A DNA stretch of 64,000 bases from an uncultured Lachnospiraceae bacterium (lineage in GTDB: Bacteria; Bacillota; Clostridia; Lachnospirales; Lachnospiraceae): assembly GCA_946611535.1 (NCBI GenBank), contig CAMODT010000138.1:2866-66865 (forward strand), read 5' to 3'. The stretch's first letter is position 1, and each line of letters starts with the position of its first letter. The position numbers and the translations under genes are program-made. The notes beneath the pieces were generated by a model that saw only the letters and a list, made by a program, of their open reading frames with translations, had not been told where the DNA came from and searched no databases. Positions 1-9,718 of this stretch are shown here, in pieces.

Positions 1-1039
1 CGCCGGCACGATTGCGGCTGCAGACAAGGGCCGCAAGGGCGAGTGCTACATCCTCGGCAACAAGGAGGTCACGCTGAAGGAGGTCGCGAAGATGCTCCAC
101 GACGCCAGCGGCTGCAAACAGCCTCTCTTCTACGTGCCGATCCCGATGGCCTACCGCCTCGCCGCTTCCATGGAGAAGAAGGCAAAGAAGACCGGCGAGA
201 AACCGCTGATGACCAGCTTCGCGGTCTACAACCTCGACAGAAACAACTCCTACGATTACTCCAAGGCGGAGAGAGAGCTCGGCTACCACACCCGTCCTTA
301 CAGCGAGACGCTGACCGACGAGGCGGTCTGGCTCGTCAAAGCCGGCCTCATCAAGGGCAAGGTCAGCGTTAAGGAGACTGCCCCGGCAGCCGTCACCGTC
401 TCCATTCCGGAGCAGGTCGCCAGCGTCTTCGCGGACAGGGATCTTGTCCGGCAGGTCGCCGAGGCGGAAAGCGCCGACAGGCTCGAGGCGATTCTCTCGA
501 CGGCAGGCATCACCAATTTCACCCGCGATACCCTTGAGGAATCCTTCAAGCACCTCACGCTCAGCCGCGACAGCCTCGCCCTGACCGACCTCTTTAAGGA
601 CAGCAGCTACTACAGCTGCTCCCGCAAGCTCGCCGCCCTCGGTCTTTCGACCACCCCGGCGGAGTTCGACCTCATCAAGGATATCTTCGCGGCGGCTCAC
701 GACAGCACGATGGGCCCGGACATGGACGACGCCCACGACCTTGACGCGGCTGCGGAAGTCCTCAAAGCCTACGGCCACTACCATATCGAGAAGGATTTCA
801 TCGCCACCATGCTCGAGTACACGACACTGCTTGACGAGGAGGGCATTTTCTCGGAGCAGGTTTACGAGGAAATGAAGAAATACACCTTCGAGCAGCGCTG
901 CACGAAATACATCACCACGCTCCAGGCGATCGGCGTGATCACCGGCCTTCGCTACGGGATCCATGACAGCTTTGAGACGCCTTACCTCATCGCGATCGCG
1001 GGCTGCGCGGCGATGATCCGCCAGAGGATGGCGGCGTAA
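1..1039 (+). CDS. NAD-dependent epimerase/dehydratase (extended SDR), 5'-truncated by window edge, with ~200-aa C-terminal extension
   Basis: Frame is open from position 2 (AGTIAAADKGRKGECYILGN...). The YILGN and DYSKAERELGY motifs are typical of extended-SDR C-termini. The tail after ~AGLIKG is unrelated to SDRs. Confidence 0.7.
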   Translation, partial: AGTIAAADKGRKGECYILGNKEVTLKEVAKMLHDASGCKQPLFYVPIPMAYRLAASMEKKAKKTGEKPLMTSFAVYNLDRNNSYDYSKAERELGYHTRPYSETLTDEAVWLVKAGLIKGKVSVKETAPAAVTVSIPEQVASVFADRDLVRQVAEAESADRLEAILSTAGITNFTRDTLEESFKHLTLSRDSLALTDLFKDSSYYSCSRKLAALGLSTTPAEFDLIKDIFAAAHDSTMGPDMDDAHDLDAAAEVLKAYGHYHIEKDFIATMLEYTTLLDEEGIFSEQVYEEMKKYTFEQRCTKYITTLQAIGVITGLRYGIHDSFETPYLIAIAGCAAMIRQRMAA

Positions 1040-1064
1040 GAGAGAATCTGAAGGAGATACGGCA

Positions 1065-1233
1065 ATGGAAAATGCAGAAAAGAAGCAGGTGTGCGTGATC
1101 ACCGGAGGCGGCTCCGGGATGGGGCTGGCGACCGCGAAGCGCATGGCGAAAAAAGGCTATTACACGATCCGGTGCGGACATCATCTGCGACGGCGGGTGC
1201 GTGGCGAGCGGCGCAGGGGCATTTTCAAGATAA
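1065..1233 (+). pseudogene. Short-chain dehydrogenase remnant with large internal deletion
   Basis: N-terminal Rossmann motif VITGGGSGMG, joined out of frame at ~1170 to the classical SDR C-terminal motif GADIICDGG...stop at 1233. Confidence 0.75.
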
Positions 1234-1240
1234 GGCACAG

Positions 1241-1270
1241 AAAAGGGAGCAGGCTCTGTCCTGCTCCCTA
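1241..1270. terminator. Hairpin terminator between convergent genes
   Basis: GGGAGCAGG-N6-CCTGCTCCC stem preceded by an A-run. Confidence 0.6.
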
Positions 1271-2197
1271 CAGTTCTTCATGGCTGTAATTGAGGAATCC
1301 CTCCCCTCGGACCTCGTGCGCGTCGGTCAGGATCATGAAGGCTCCCGGATCGGTCTCGGCAACCAGATCGCGGAGCAGGACGGCCTCCTTCTTTGAGACC
1401 GCGACCAGGAGGACCGGACGATTCTCTCCGGTGTACATTCCTGTTCCCTCAAGACGCGTCACGCCGCGGACGAGCTCCCGCATGATCCTGCCGGCAAGCT
1501 CCTCGTGCCTTTCCGAGATGATCAGGGCGGAATAGGCGTTCCGGAACCCGATTGTGATCGAGTCCGCCACCCGGCTCGTGAGCACAACGGAAATGATCGC
1601 GTACATGGAGATTTTCACGCCGAAGATCCAGACTGACAGGAGGATGACGGCTCCGTCCAGGAGCTTCATGAGCGTGGCGGTGCTCATGTAGGGAAATGCC
1701 CGCTGCAGCAGCGCCCCGAGCGTATCGGTTCCCCCGGTCGTCGCCTTTCCGAGAAATACAAACCCGAGGCCGGCGCCCATCACCGCACCGCCCGCGATCG
1801 TCGTGAGGAAGAGGTCGTCCCCCATCAGCGGGTACTCCGGCACGACGAGGAGCCAGAGCGAGAAAATGACGGAGGCGGCAAATGTGCGCCGCATAAAGAG
1901 CCACCCCCGCACGCGGATCGCGGCGAGGATCAGCGGGATGTTCAGGGCGGCGTTCGAAAGCCAGGTAGGGATCCCGCCGGGAAACCACGGCAGGCCGGCG
2001 CTGGCATATCTGATGATGATGGCGAGACCGGTGAACCCGCCGGGGACCATTTTGGCCGGCGTGAAGGCCAGGTTGGCGGACAGGGCCATGAGAAGGGTGC
2101 CGAGGAGGATCGAGAGGTAATCCTGCAGGCGCTCCCTGCCGGCATAGAGCCTCGTGCCCGCGAGGTCGGCTTTTATTTTCTGTAATGCTTCGGACAT
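1268..2197 (-). CDS. YitT family membrane protein
   Basis: PGGFTG motif, repeated TTGGTD motif, C-terminal DUF2179-like domain (G.GMYTG...DP.AFM). Confidence 0.85.
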   Translation of the reverse strand: MSEALQKIKADLAGTRLYAGRERLQDYLSILLGTLLMALSANLAFTPAKMVPGGFTGLAIIIRYASAGLPWFPGGIPTWLSNAALNIPLILAAIRVRGWLFMRRTFAASVIFSLWLLVVPEYPLMGDDLFLTTIAGGAVMGAGLGFVFLGKATTGGTDTLGALLQRAFPYMSTATLMKLLDGAVILLSVWIFGVKISMYAIISVVLTSRVADSITIGFRNAYSALIISERHEELAGRIMRELVRGVTRLEGTGMYTGENRPVLLVAVSKKEAVLLRDLVAETDPGAFMILTDAHEVRGEGFLNYSHEEL

Positions 2198-2376
2198 GAT
2201 CTGTACCTCCCAAATCTGAACAGTGGCCAAAAAGAACGGGCCGCTCCCTTAAGGAGTTGCCCGTTTAATCATCTTATACAGATTCTTTTCCTGCCGCAAG
2301 TCTGCTGGCAGCGCTATTCTATTATAAAGAGGCAGCCCCCGTCAAGCACATGCGTTACCGCGGCAGAGCACTGAAA

Positions 2377-3873
2377 TCACTCTTCAGCGTCTTCCATTTT
2401 CAGCTCATACTTGACGATATCCGCAATCACGTTCCCGTCCGACGAGAATGTGATCGCTCCGGCCTCCGCCGGCGTGTAGAGGACAAAGGAAGCCGCCTGC
2501 TCGCCGTCGTTGACGAACAGTTCCAGGCTGTAGCGGTCCAGGATGATTCGGAATTTGATCATCCCGTTCACCGCGTTGACCGGGAATTCGCGGATATTCA
2601 CGATATCATGCGGGAATCCGCTGTGCGTGCGGTCCACCTTCACCGTTCCGACGTCCGGCCGGAAGCGGATCAGGGTGTAATGCTCGCCGTCCTTCGCGAC
2701 GTAGATGCGGAACCACTTGTAGAGGTTGCTCACGTTGACCGGACGGATCGAGACCGTCATGTCAACGTACCGGCCGCTGATACCGCTGAGACCCAGATCT
2801 CCGTTGACCAGGATATTGCTGTATTCCACCCTGATGCCGCGGTAGTTCTCGAGTTCCCGGACCGGAAGCTGATAGAGGCGGCCGTTCTTCACGGACAGCT
2901 CTCTCGGGATCGTCATCTGGCCCATAAAGCTGAGATCGTGCTGCCGGCAGGCGGACGTCTCCCAGTTCTGCATCCATGCAATCATGATCCTGCGCCCGTC
3001 CGCAGCCTTGAGCGTCTGCGGCGCATAGAAATCAAGACCGTAATCGATCGCGTGGACCGCTTCACGCAGCAGATGCTTCTTCTGCCGGTCATAGGTGCCG
3101 ATCATGCAGACCGTCGCGTTGCCCGGATGGAACTCCAGGCCGATCGCCGACATCTCGATCGGGCTCACCAGAAGGACGTGGCGGCCGTCCAGCGGGAAGA
3201 AATCCGGGCACTCCCACATTCTTCCGTACTGGTTGTGGCAGGATGCGATGATGCTCACAAAATTCCAGTGGATCGCGTCCTCGCTCTCGTAGAGAAGGAC
3301 TCTTCCGCTTCCGTCAGGACCTTCGTTCACGATGACCGCGTTGTATTTGCCGCCTTCCATCCAGATCTTCGGGTCCCTGAAATCCTTCACGCTCCCGCCT
3401 TCCGGAATCTGGTCCGCACCGATCACCGGGTTTCCTTCATATTTTTCATAGTCCATGCCGTCCCCGAAAGCTATGCACTGCGTCTGGTAGCTCTCGATAC
3501 GGCCGCTCTCATTTCTCTCGTTTCGCACACCCGTGTACATCAGGAGGTGACGCCCGTCAGGCATTTCGACGGCGCTCCCCGAGAAGCATCCGCCGCTGTC
3601 ATACTCCTGATCCGGAGCCATCGCGGCGGGCAGGCGTTCCCATTTTATAAAATCATGCGTTTTGACATGCGCCCAGTGCATCGGTCCCCATTTGACATCA
3701 TAGGGATAATACTGGAAAAATAAATGATACTCTCCCTTGTACGGAGCAAATCCGTTCGGATCGTTCAGCCAGCCGATTCCACCCGTCACGTGAAATTTGG
3801 GCTGCTCCGCATGCGAAAAAGGAAGGTATTTCTGCTCAAAATCGCGAGCCTCGGTGAGAAGACTGCTGCCCAT
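2377..3873 (-). CDS. GH32 beta-fructofuranosidase / sucrose-6-phosphate hydrolase
   Basis: Catalytic motifs WLNDPNG, FRDP, WECPD; C-terminal beta-sandwich with S.ELF.NDG. Confidence 0.92.
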   Translation of the reverse strand: MGSSLLTEARDFEQKYLPFSHAEQPKFHVTGGIGWLNDPNGFAPYKGEYHLFFQYYPYDVKWGPMHWAHVKTHDFIKWERLPAAMAPDQEYDSGGCFSGSAVEMPDGRHLLMYTGVRNERNESGRIESYQTQCIAFGDGMDYEKYEGNPVIGADQIPEGGSVKDFRDPKIWMEGGKYNAVIVNEGPDGSGRVLLYESEDAIHWNFVSIIASCHNQYGRMWECPDFFPLDGRHVLLVSPIEMSAIGLEFHPGNATVCMIGTYDRQKKHLLREAVHAIDYGLDFYAPQTLKAADGRRIMIAWMQNWETSACRQHDLSFMGQMTIPRELSVKNGRLYQLPVRELENYRGIRVEYSNILVNGDLGLSGISGRYVDMTVSIRPVNVSNLYKWFRIYVAKDGEHYTLIRFRPDVGTVKVDRTHSGFPHDIVNIREFPVNAVNGMIKFRIILDRYSLELFVNDGEQAASFVLYTPAEAGAITFSSDGNVIADIVKYELKMEDAEE

Positions 3874-3962
3874 ATTAATTCTCCTTGGATGTAATAAAGG
3901 TTCTCGCCCTTCCGCGGAAGGACGAGAACGATGTTGGAATTCAGATGCTTTCTGCCGATTAA

Positions 3963-5711
3963 TTATTTCTCATCCGCATAGTAGACATCGAGATACTTCT
4001 GGTAGATGGCAAGGAGCTCATCGATCTTGTAAGCCTTAAGGTCAGACTGAAGCTGATCCCAGTCGGCATCCGTGAAGCCGTTCATGACCCAGTCAGACTT
4101 CGCGGTGTTGATGCGCTTCGTGGTGTCCGCCAGAATGTTGGAAACGGTCTTGACGTCGTCCGTGCTCATAAGAACGTTCGGATAGACATACTTGCCGTTC
4201 ATGTCCGGAGTGTAGATGTCCTTGATCCAGTTAAGACGATACTGAGCATCATCCGGGCAGGTGACATAGACATCATAGTAGCTGTCGAGGATTGCCAGCG
4301 GTCCGTTGACGGACTCAGCCTCACGGACTTCAACCGGGGAGGCATCGCCAAGCCATGCATGCTTAAGCATCGGCTCGCCGTTCGCGTTCTCGCTCATCTC
4401 GAAGATATCGAAATCGTCATCTTCGCCGTAGGTACCCCAGTTGTTCTGCGGGGACTGGATCGGGATATACATCTGGTCAAGCCATGCGCAGACGAGCGCC
4501 GGGTTCTTGGCAGCAGCGGTGACAACGCAGCGGCCGCGGTCGAAACCGGAAGTGAAGGAGCCGTTCTGCGGAGTGATGTTCTTGACGTCAGCTTTCAGGG
4601 CCGGAAGCGGAACCCAGCCCTTGCCTGCGATCAGGTCATCCATGCTGACCTGGGCGATGTTGGCAATGTCCCAGGAGAAGCAGACGCCGTAACGTCCGGA
4701 TTTGCCCTTCGCAACGTAAGTGGACCATTCCTGTGTGAAAGCTTCCTGGTCGATGAGGCCTTCCTCATAGAGCTTGTGAAGCCATTCGATACCCTTCTTG
4801 AAGCCTTCGGTCTGAGCGGTGCAGATGACCTGGAGATCGTCAGTAACCGCAATGTGGCGGCCGCGGTCCGGATCGCCATAGCCTTCGCCGAAACCGTTGA
4901 TAATGATCGCCGGATCCTGGTCACCGTCGTTCATGATGCAGGACATCGGGATGATGTCGCCGTCGATACCGAATTCAGCCTTGATCTTGTCCGCGTTGTC
5001 CTTGAACGCAAGCAGAACCTGCTCGAACTCGTCAACAGTCGTCGGCATCTCAAGGCCGAGGAAGTCAAGCCAGTCCTTATTGATGAAGCTCATGTCGCCG
5101 ACAGTCTGGATAGCGGTCTTCTCATAGCCGAGCTGCTCGATCCACGGAAGAGCCCAGATGTGGCCGTTCTCGTCTTCGCACATTGCACGATATTCCGGAG
5201 CCTGCTCAAAGACAGCCTGCAGATTCGGCATGCATGTGTCGATGTAGTCCTCAAGGTTGAGGATGACGCCCTGCTTGGCATACTTCAGAAGGTCGGTGTC
5301 GCTGAAGCCTGCCTGGAAAACGAAGTCCGGAAGCGTCTTGACGTTGGACATCTCAAGAGCGATCTTCTCACCCCACTGGTCGCCCTGGATTGTACGCCAG
5401 TTGATGTGAACATTGGTCTGCTCCTCAAGTCTCTTGAAGATCGTGCGGTTGTTCGGCTCGGATTCTGTTCCGGGCGGGTAGCTGGTCAGACCGGAGAGCT
5501 CCGCCTTCTCAGCAAGCGGGAAAGTGTAGGTATCTCCCGCAGCGGTCTCGCCGCCGGAAGTTCCCTCAGACGTGGCTGTGCTGGCTGTGCTGGCTGTGCC
5601 GGCGGTGCTGCCGCCATTGCCGGAACCGCCGCATCCTGCAAAGACAGATGCCGCCATCACGGAAACCAGAAGAAGTGATGTCACCTTTTTCCATTTTCTA
5701 GAATTTCTCAT
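3963..5711 (-). CDS. Carbohydrate ABC transporter substrate-binding lipoprotein
   Basis: Lipobox FAGC after a signal peptide, Ser/Thr/Gly linker, SBP-like body; SD (AGGAG) upstream of the ATG at 5711. Confidence 0.85.
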   Translation of the reverse strand: MRNSRKWKKVTSLLLVSVMAASVFAGCGGSGNGGSTAGTASTASTATSEGTSGGETAAGDTYTFPLAEKAELSGLTSYPPGTESEPNNRTIFKRLEEQTNVHINWRTIQGDQWGEKIALEMSNVKTLPDFVFQAGFSDTDLLKYAKQGVILNLEDYIDTCMPNLQAVFEQAPEYRAMCEDENGHIWALPWIEQLGYEKTAIQTVGDMSFINKDWLDFLGLEMPTTVDEFEQVLLAFKDNADKIKAEFGIDGDIIPMSCIMNDGDQDPAIIINGFGEGYGDPDRGRHIAVTDDLQVICTAQTEGFKKGIEWLHKLYEEGLIDQEAFTQEWSTYVAKGKSGRYGVCFSWDIANIAQVSMDDLIAGKGWVPLPALKADVKNITPQNGSFTSGFDRGRCVVTAAAKNPALVCAWLDQMYIPIQSPQNNWGTYGEDDDFDIFEMSENANGEPMLKHAWLGDASPVEVREAESVNGPLAILDSYYDVYVTCPDDAQYRLNWIKDIYTPDMNGKYVYPNVLMSTDDVKTVSNILADTTKRINTAKSDWVMNGFTDADWDQLQSDLKAYKIDELLAIYQKYLDVYYADEK

Positions 5712-5769
5712 GCTTAAACTCCTTTTTAGTGTTAATGCATTTTCAGTTACGGGTCTCATTCGAAGTTCA

Positions 5770-6675
5770 TCAGCCCTTGACCGCGCCGGCCATGATACCG
5801 TTGTCGAAGTACTTCTGGAAGAACGGATACATGACCATCAGCGGGAGACTCGAGATGATGATCGTCGCATACTTGAGCAGTTCCGCGAGCTGGGCTCTCT
5901 GAGCCGTGCTCTGCATATCGGAAACCATGCCCGGTTCCGGCTGGTTCTGAATCAGGATAGAACGGAGAACCAGCTGCAGCGGCTGCTTGGATGCGCTGTT
6001 CAGGTAGATCATCGCATCAAAGTAGCTGTTCCACATACCGACGAACTGCCACATGGCGATCGTCGCAATGATCGGTGTGCAGACCGGAAGCAGGATCCTG
6101 AAGAAATAGGTCAGCTCCGTCGCGCCGTCAACCTGCGCAGCTTCCTGGAGGTCAGCCGGGATACCCATGTAGTAGGTTCTGGCAATGATCATGTTCCATA
6201 CGCTGAACGCACCCGGAAGAAGGATGGCCCAGATCGTATCAAGCATGCCCAGGTCGCTGATCAGAAGGTAGGTAGGAATCAGGCCGCCGCCGAAGAACAT
6301 CGTAATGACGAAGATAATGTTGAAGAATCCGCGTCCTCTGAAGTCCGGTCTCGACATCGGATACGCCGCAAGCAGCGTCACCACCACGGACAGAATCGTG
6401 AACAGTACCGAGTAGATAACGGCATTTTTGAAACCGACCCAGATCTGGGCATTCGACATAACGCGCTCATAGGCCGTAAGGGTCCACTTGCTGAAATCGA
6501 ATGTCAGACCGCTGTTCTGCAGCGTGACAGGATCGATGAAGGAAGCCAGGATGATATAAACCACCGGAAGAATGATCGCGACAACGAAGAGACCCAGCAG
6601 GATGTAACCCGCAATCAGGATCGTCTTGTCGCCGAGAGAATGTCTGGCAAACTCGCTTTTTTTCTTGGTCTTCAT
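5770..6675 (-). CDS. Carbohydrate ABC transporter permease
   Basis: Multiple TM segments; EAA loop (LQEAAQVDGA); WNSYF motif. Confidence 0.9.
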   Translation of the reverse strand: MKTKKKSEFARHSLGDKTILIAGYILLGLFVVAIILPVVYIILASFIDPVTLQNSGLTFDFSKWTLTAYERVMSNAQIWVGFKNAVIYSVLFTILSVVVTLLAAYPMSRPDFRGRGFFNIIFVITMFFGGGLIPTYLLISDLGMLDTIWAILLPGAFSVWNMIIARTYYMGIPADLQEAAQVDGATELTYFFRILLPVCTPIIATIAMWQFVGMWNSYFDAMIYLNSASKQPLQLVLRSILIQNQPEPGMVSDMQSTAQRAQLAELLKYATIIISSLPLMVMYPFFQKYFDNGIMAGAVKG

Positions 6676-6687
6676 ATCTCCGCCTCC

Positions 6688-7632
6688 TTAAATCCCCTTG
6701 CCTTCATTCATTCTCTTGACCAGCGAATTCATGGAAACAAGAAGAATGACGTTGATGACAGTGTTGAAGAGACCGACCGCCGTGGAGAAACCGTAGTCGC
6801 CGTCCAGAAGACCCTTCTTGTAGACGTACGTAGAGATGATCTCAGACGTATTCAGGTTCAGGTCTGTCTGCAGAGCGTAGGCCTTCTCGAAGCCGACGGA
6901 CATGATGTTACCGACGGACATGATGAACTGGATCAGGACCGTGTCCTTGATCGCCGGCCATTCAACTGCCTGGATCTGCTGGATGATGTTCGCACCGTCG
7001 ATGACTGCCGCTTCCTTCAGTTCCTTACTGGCGTTGGACAGAGCCGCCGTGTAGATGATCGACGCCCAGCCGGCCCCCTGCCAGATGCCGGAGGCGATGT
7101 AGATCGTCCGGAACGCGGAAGGCATGGTCATGAAGTTGATGTTTGTTCCCAGAAGGGAATTGATCATACCGGTCGGTGAAAGAAGGATACGAACAATACC
7201 GCAGAGAACGATGACCGAAATGAAGTTCGGCATGTACAGGACCAGCTGGATCTTCTGCTTGATGCTGGTGCTCATGATACGATTCAGCAGGAAAGCAAGA
7301 AGAATCGGTGCCGGGAATCCCCAGAGGAGTCCGAAAATACTCAGTTTCAGCGTATTTGCGAGGTACCTGAGGAAGTCGGGAGATGACAGGAATCTCCTGA
7401 AGTTTGCAAACCCAATCCATTCACTTCCGAGGATGCCCCGTACCGGGTTGTACTCGGTGAATGCGATTGCGATGCCGCCCATCGGAATGTAACGGAAAAT
7501 GATGGTCAGCAGGAAAGCCGGCAGCATGAAGATCACATACAGCTGCCAGTGCTGCTTGATGTAGATCAGCGAGTTGTGCAGACTGTTGTCGTTTCCTTTT
7601 GCTGCCGAAGCAGGTGCTTTTGCACTTTTCAT
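6688..7632 (-). CDS. Carbohydrate ABC transporter permease (LplB-like)
   Basis: EAA loop (LKEAAVIDGA), G.GFEK motif; SD GGAGG upstream of the ATG at 7632. Confidence 0.9.
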   Translation of the reverse strand: MKSAKAPASAAKGNDNSLHNSLIYIKQHWQLYVIFMLPAFLLTIIFRYIPMGGIAIAFTEYNPVRGILGSEWIGFANFRRFLSSPDFLRYLANTLKLSIFGLLWGFPAPILLAFLLNRIMSTSIKQKIQLVLYMPNFISVIVLCGIVRILLSPTGMINSLLGTNINFMTMPSAFRTIYIASGIWQGAGWASIIYTAALSNASKELKEAAVIDGANIIQQIQAVEWPAIKDTVLIQFIMSVGNIMSVGFEKAYALQTDLNLNTSEIISTYVYKKGLLDGDYGFSTAVGLFNTVINVILLVSMNSLVKRMNEGKGI

Positions 7633-7770
7633 TTGCGAAAAACCTCCTTTCTTTGTCAACGAGTTACAGTTTCCTTACCCTTATTTTCTTTCCATATCCA
7701 CCCCCTCCTTTACCTTTCCTCTGCCGTCCGGTCTCTGTCCCGCCGTCCGGCAAAGGCGCTGATGCAGCTG

Positions 7771-7900
7771 TGCAAATGCCCACATCAGTTTTCTTTTCCA
7801 CCATGAATCATAGCAATAAATCGCGTGTTTGTCAACCAAAAACAGTGCATTTGCACATTTTTGTAAATAGTGCTGAATCGTTTCACTTTGCATATGCAAA
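7771..7900. promoter_or_regulatory. Candidate operator sites TGCA-WW-TGCA in the divergent ABC/LacI intergenic region
   Basis: TGCAAATGCC (7771), GTGCATTTGCAC (7845-7856), perfect palindrome TTTGCATATGCAAA (7887-7900). Confidence 0.5.
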
Positions 7901-7985
7901 TATCATCTTGCACATCGGCGCGGTATATCTTATAATGTATATATCACCGTTAAACTGCACCTATCACCATTCGGAGTCCGGCATC

Positions 7986-9056
7986 ATGAAAAAGAAGACA
8001 ACGATCCAGGATATCGCAGACGCTCTCGGCATTTCAAGAAACACTGTCTCCAAGGCCATCAACAACTCCGGCGGCCTGGCGGACGAAACGCGGGAAAAAA
8101 TACTGCAGAAGGCAGTTGAGATGGGCTATAAACAGTTTTCCTACGTGAGTACCTTTTCAAACAACCCCGCCTTCAGGCCGGCTTCAGAGACTCCCCGGGA
8201 GATGCCTGTATTCCGCGGGGAACTGGTGCTTCTCACGACGAAGTTTCTGGATCCGTCGCATTTTGCGTCGCTCATGCTGGACAGGTTCCAGCGCGATATG
8301 GCCCAGCTGGGTTACACGGTCAATACGCACCGCGTCACACAGAGCGATCTCAAAGAGGGACGTCTCCCGATCACCCTGTTTCTCGAGCGCTGCAGCGGAA
8401 TCATCTGCTTTGAAATATTCGACAGAGCCTACGCGGAGATGCTCTGCTCGCTGGAGGTCCCGATCCTCTTCGTGGACGCGCCTGCCGGGGTAAAAGGTTC
8501 TCCGCTGCCTGCAGACCAGCTCTATATGGACAGCATGACCGGCGTCACCCAGTTTGTGAATATCATGCTGAAGCAGGGGGTCACAAAGATCGGATGGATC
8601 GGCGATTACGACCACTGTCAGTCGTTCCGCGACCGTTATGTGGCTTACCGCTTAGCCCTGCTGACGGCCGATGTGCCGGCGGATGACCGGTTCATCATCC
8701 GGCTGAATGACGTCGACGACCTCACCTGGACGCTCCATGAGCTTCCGGAACTGCCGGAGGTTTTCATCTGCGCAAACGATTTTGTCGCCCAGGACGCCGT
8801 ACAGATCCTGACCGATATGGGGTACAAGGTTCCCGATGACGTCAAAATCTGCGGATTCGACGACTCCCCCGCTTCGAGAGAGACCACACCCAAGCTGACG
8901 ACCGTGCATATCCACACTCAGGTCATGGCATTTTCCGCCGTGCACCTGATCGTCTCCAGGATGGAAGAACCGTCCCTTGATTACCGTACGATCTACACGG
9001 AAGCCAACCTTATTCTGCGAGAATCCACCGGACCGGTTGAAGGAGGAAATAAATGA
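7986..9056 (+). CDS. LacI family transcriptional regulator
   Basis: N-terminal HTH TIQDIADALGISRNTVSKAIN; C-terminal F.CAND...A and ICGFDD...P.LTTV motifs. Confidence 0.9.
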   Translation: MKKKTTIQDIADALGISRNTVSKAINNSGGLADETREKILQKAVEMGYKQFSYVSTFSNNPAFRPASETPREMPVFRGELVLLTTKFLDPSHFASLMLDRFQRDMAQLGYTVNTHRVTQSDLKEGRLPITLFLERCSGIICFEIFDRAYAEMLCSLEVPILFVDAPAGVKGSPLPADQLYMDSMTGVTQFVNIMLKQGVTKIGWIGDYDHCQSFRDRYVAYRLALLTADVPADDRFIIRLNDVDDLTWTLHELPELPEVFICANDFVAQDAVQILTDMGYKVPDDVKICGFDDSPASRETTPKLTTVHIHTQVMAFSAVHLIVSRMEEPSLDYRTIYTEANLILRESTGPVEGGNK

Positions 9057-9718
9057 AATTCTTCTCATATGACAGCAAGTTCAGCCAGATCGTCCTGGCG
9101 GGCTGCCAGGCCTGCCTGCTGAACCTCCTGTGGGTGATCTGTTCGCTCCCGGTCTTTACGATCGGGGCTTCGACCACCGCGCTCTACTATGTCTGCATCA
9201 AGATCGTCCGCGGCGAGGAGCAGTATGTCATCCCGATGTTCTTCCGCTCCTTCAGGGAGAACTTCAAACAGGCCACCCAGATCTGGCTCATCATGCTCCC
9301 GATCGGCGTCCTGCTTTTTTTTGACGGCTACATCCTGCTCAATCTCCGCTCGCACACGACCGGCGCACCTGCCATATTATGGACGCTGCTGCTGGCGCTC
9401 GCGATCGGCGCCGCCGTCCTCTACACGATCGTCCTGACCTTCATCTTTCCGCTGACGGCGATCGTAAGCAACACCACGAAGGCGATGTTTAAGAATGCCT
9501 TCCTGATCGGCACCCACTACCTGTTCGCGACGATCATGGTGTTTGCCGTTCATTTTGCGGTCTTCTTCGTGACCGTCCGTTTCTTTACCCCCCTGATCAT
9601 CTTCGGCGAGGGGCTCTGCGCCATGATCAGCGCATCCCTCCTTAACAATGTGCTCGCCGCCTGCTCCTACGATCCGGAAAATGCACCCGAGGAAGAGGAT
9701 CCCGATGGCAGCCAATGA
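9053..9718 (+). CDS. YesL/DUF624 family membrane protein
   Basis: LNLLW..CSLPVFTIGASTTALYYV...F..F.ENFKQ signature; sugar-ABC context. Confidence 0.85.
   Translation: MKFFSYDSKFSQIVLAGCQACLLNLLWVICSLPVFTIGASTTALYYVCIKIVRGEEQYVIPMFFRSFRENFKQATQIWLIMLPIGVLLFFDGYILLNLRSHTTGAPAILWTLLLALAIGAAVLYTIVLTFIFPLTAIVSNTTKAMFKNAFLIGTHYLFATIMVFAVHFAVFFVTVRFFTPLIIFGEGLCAMISASLLNNVLAACSYDPENAPEEEDPDGSQ

Noticed and set aside
5570-5600. CTGGCTGTG short tandem repeat in the solute-binding protein gene
   Set aside because: In-frame 9-bp repeat encoding an ordinary flexible Thr/Ala/Ser linker.
9008-9020. 13-bp match (CCTTATTCTGCGA) to the 29-bp inverted repeat
   Set aside because: Half-site only, inside the LacI coding sequence; probably chance.
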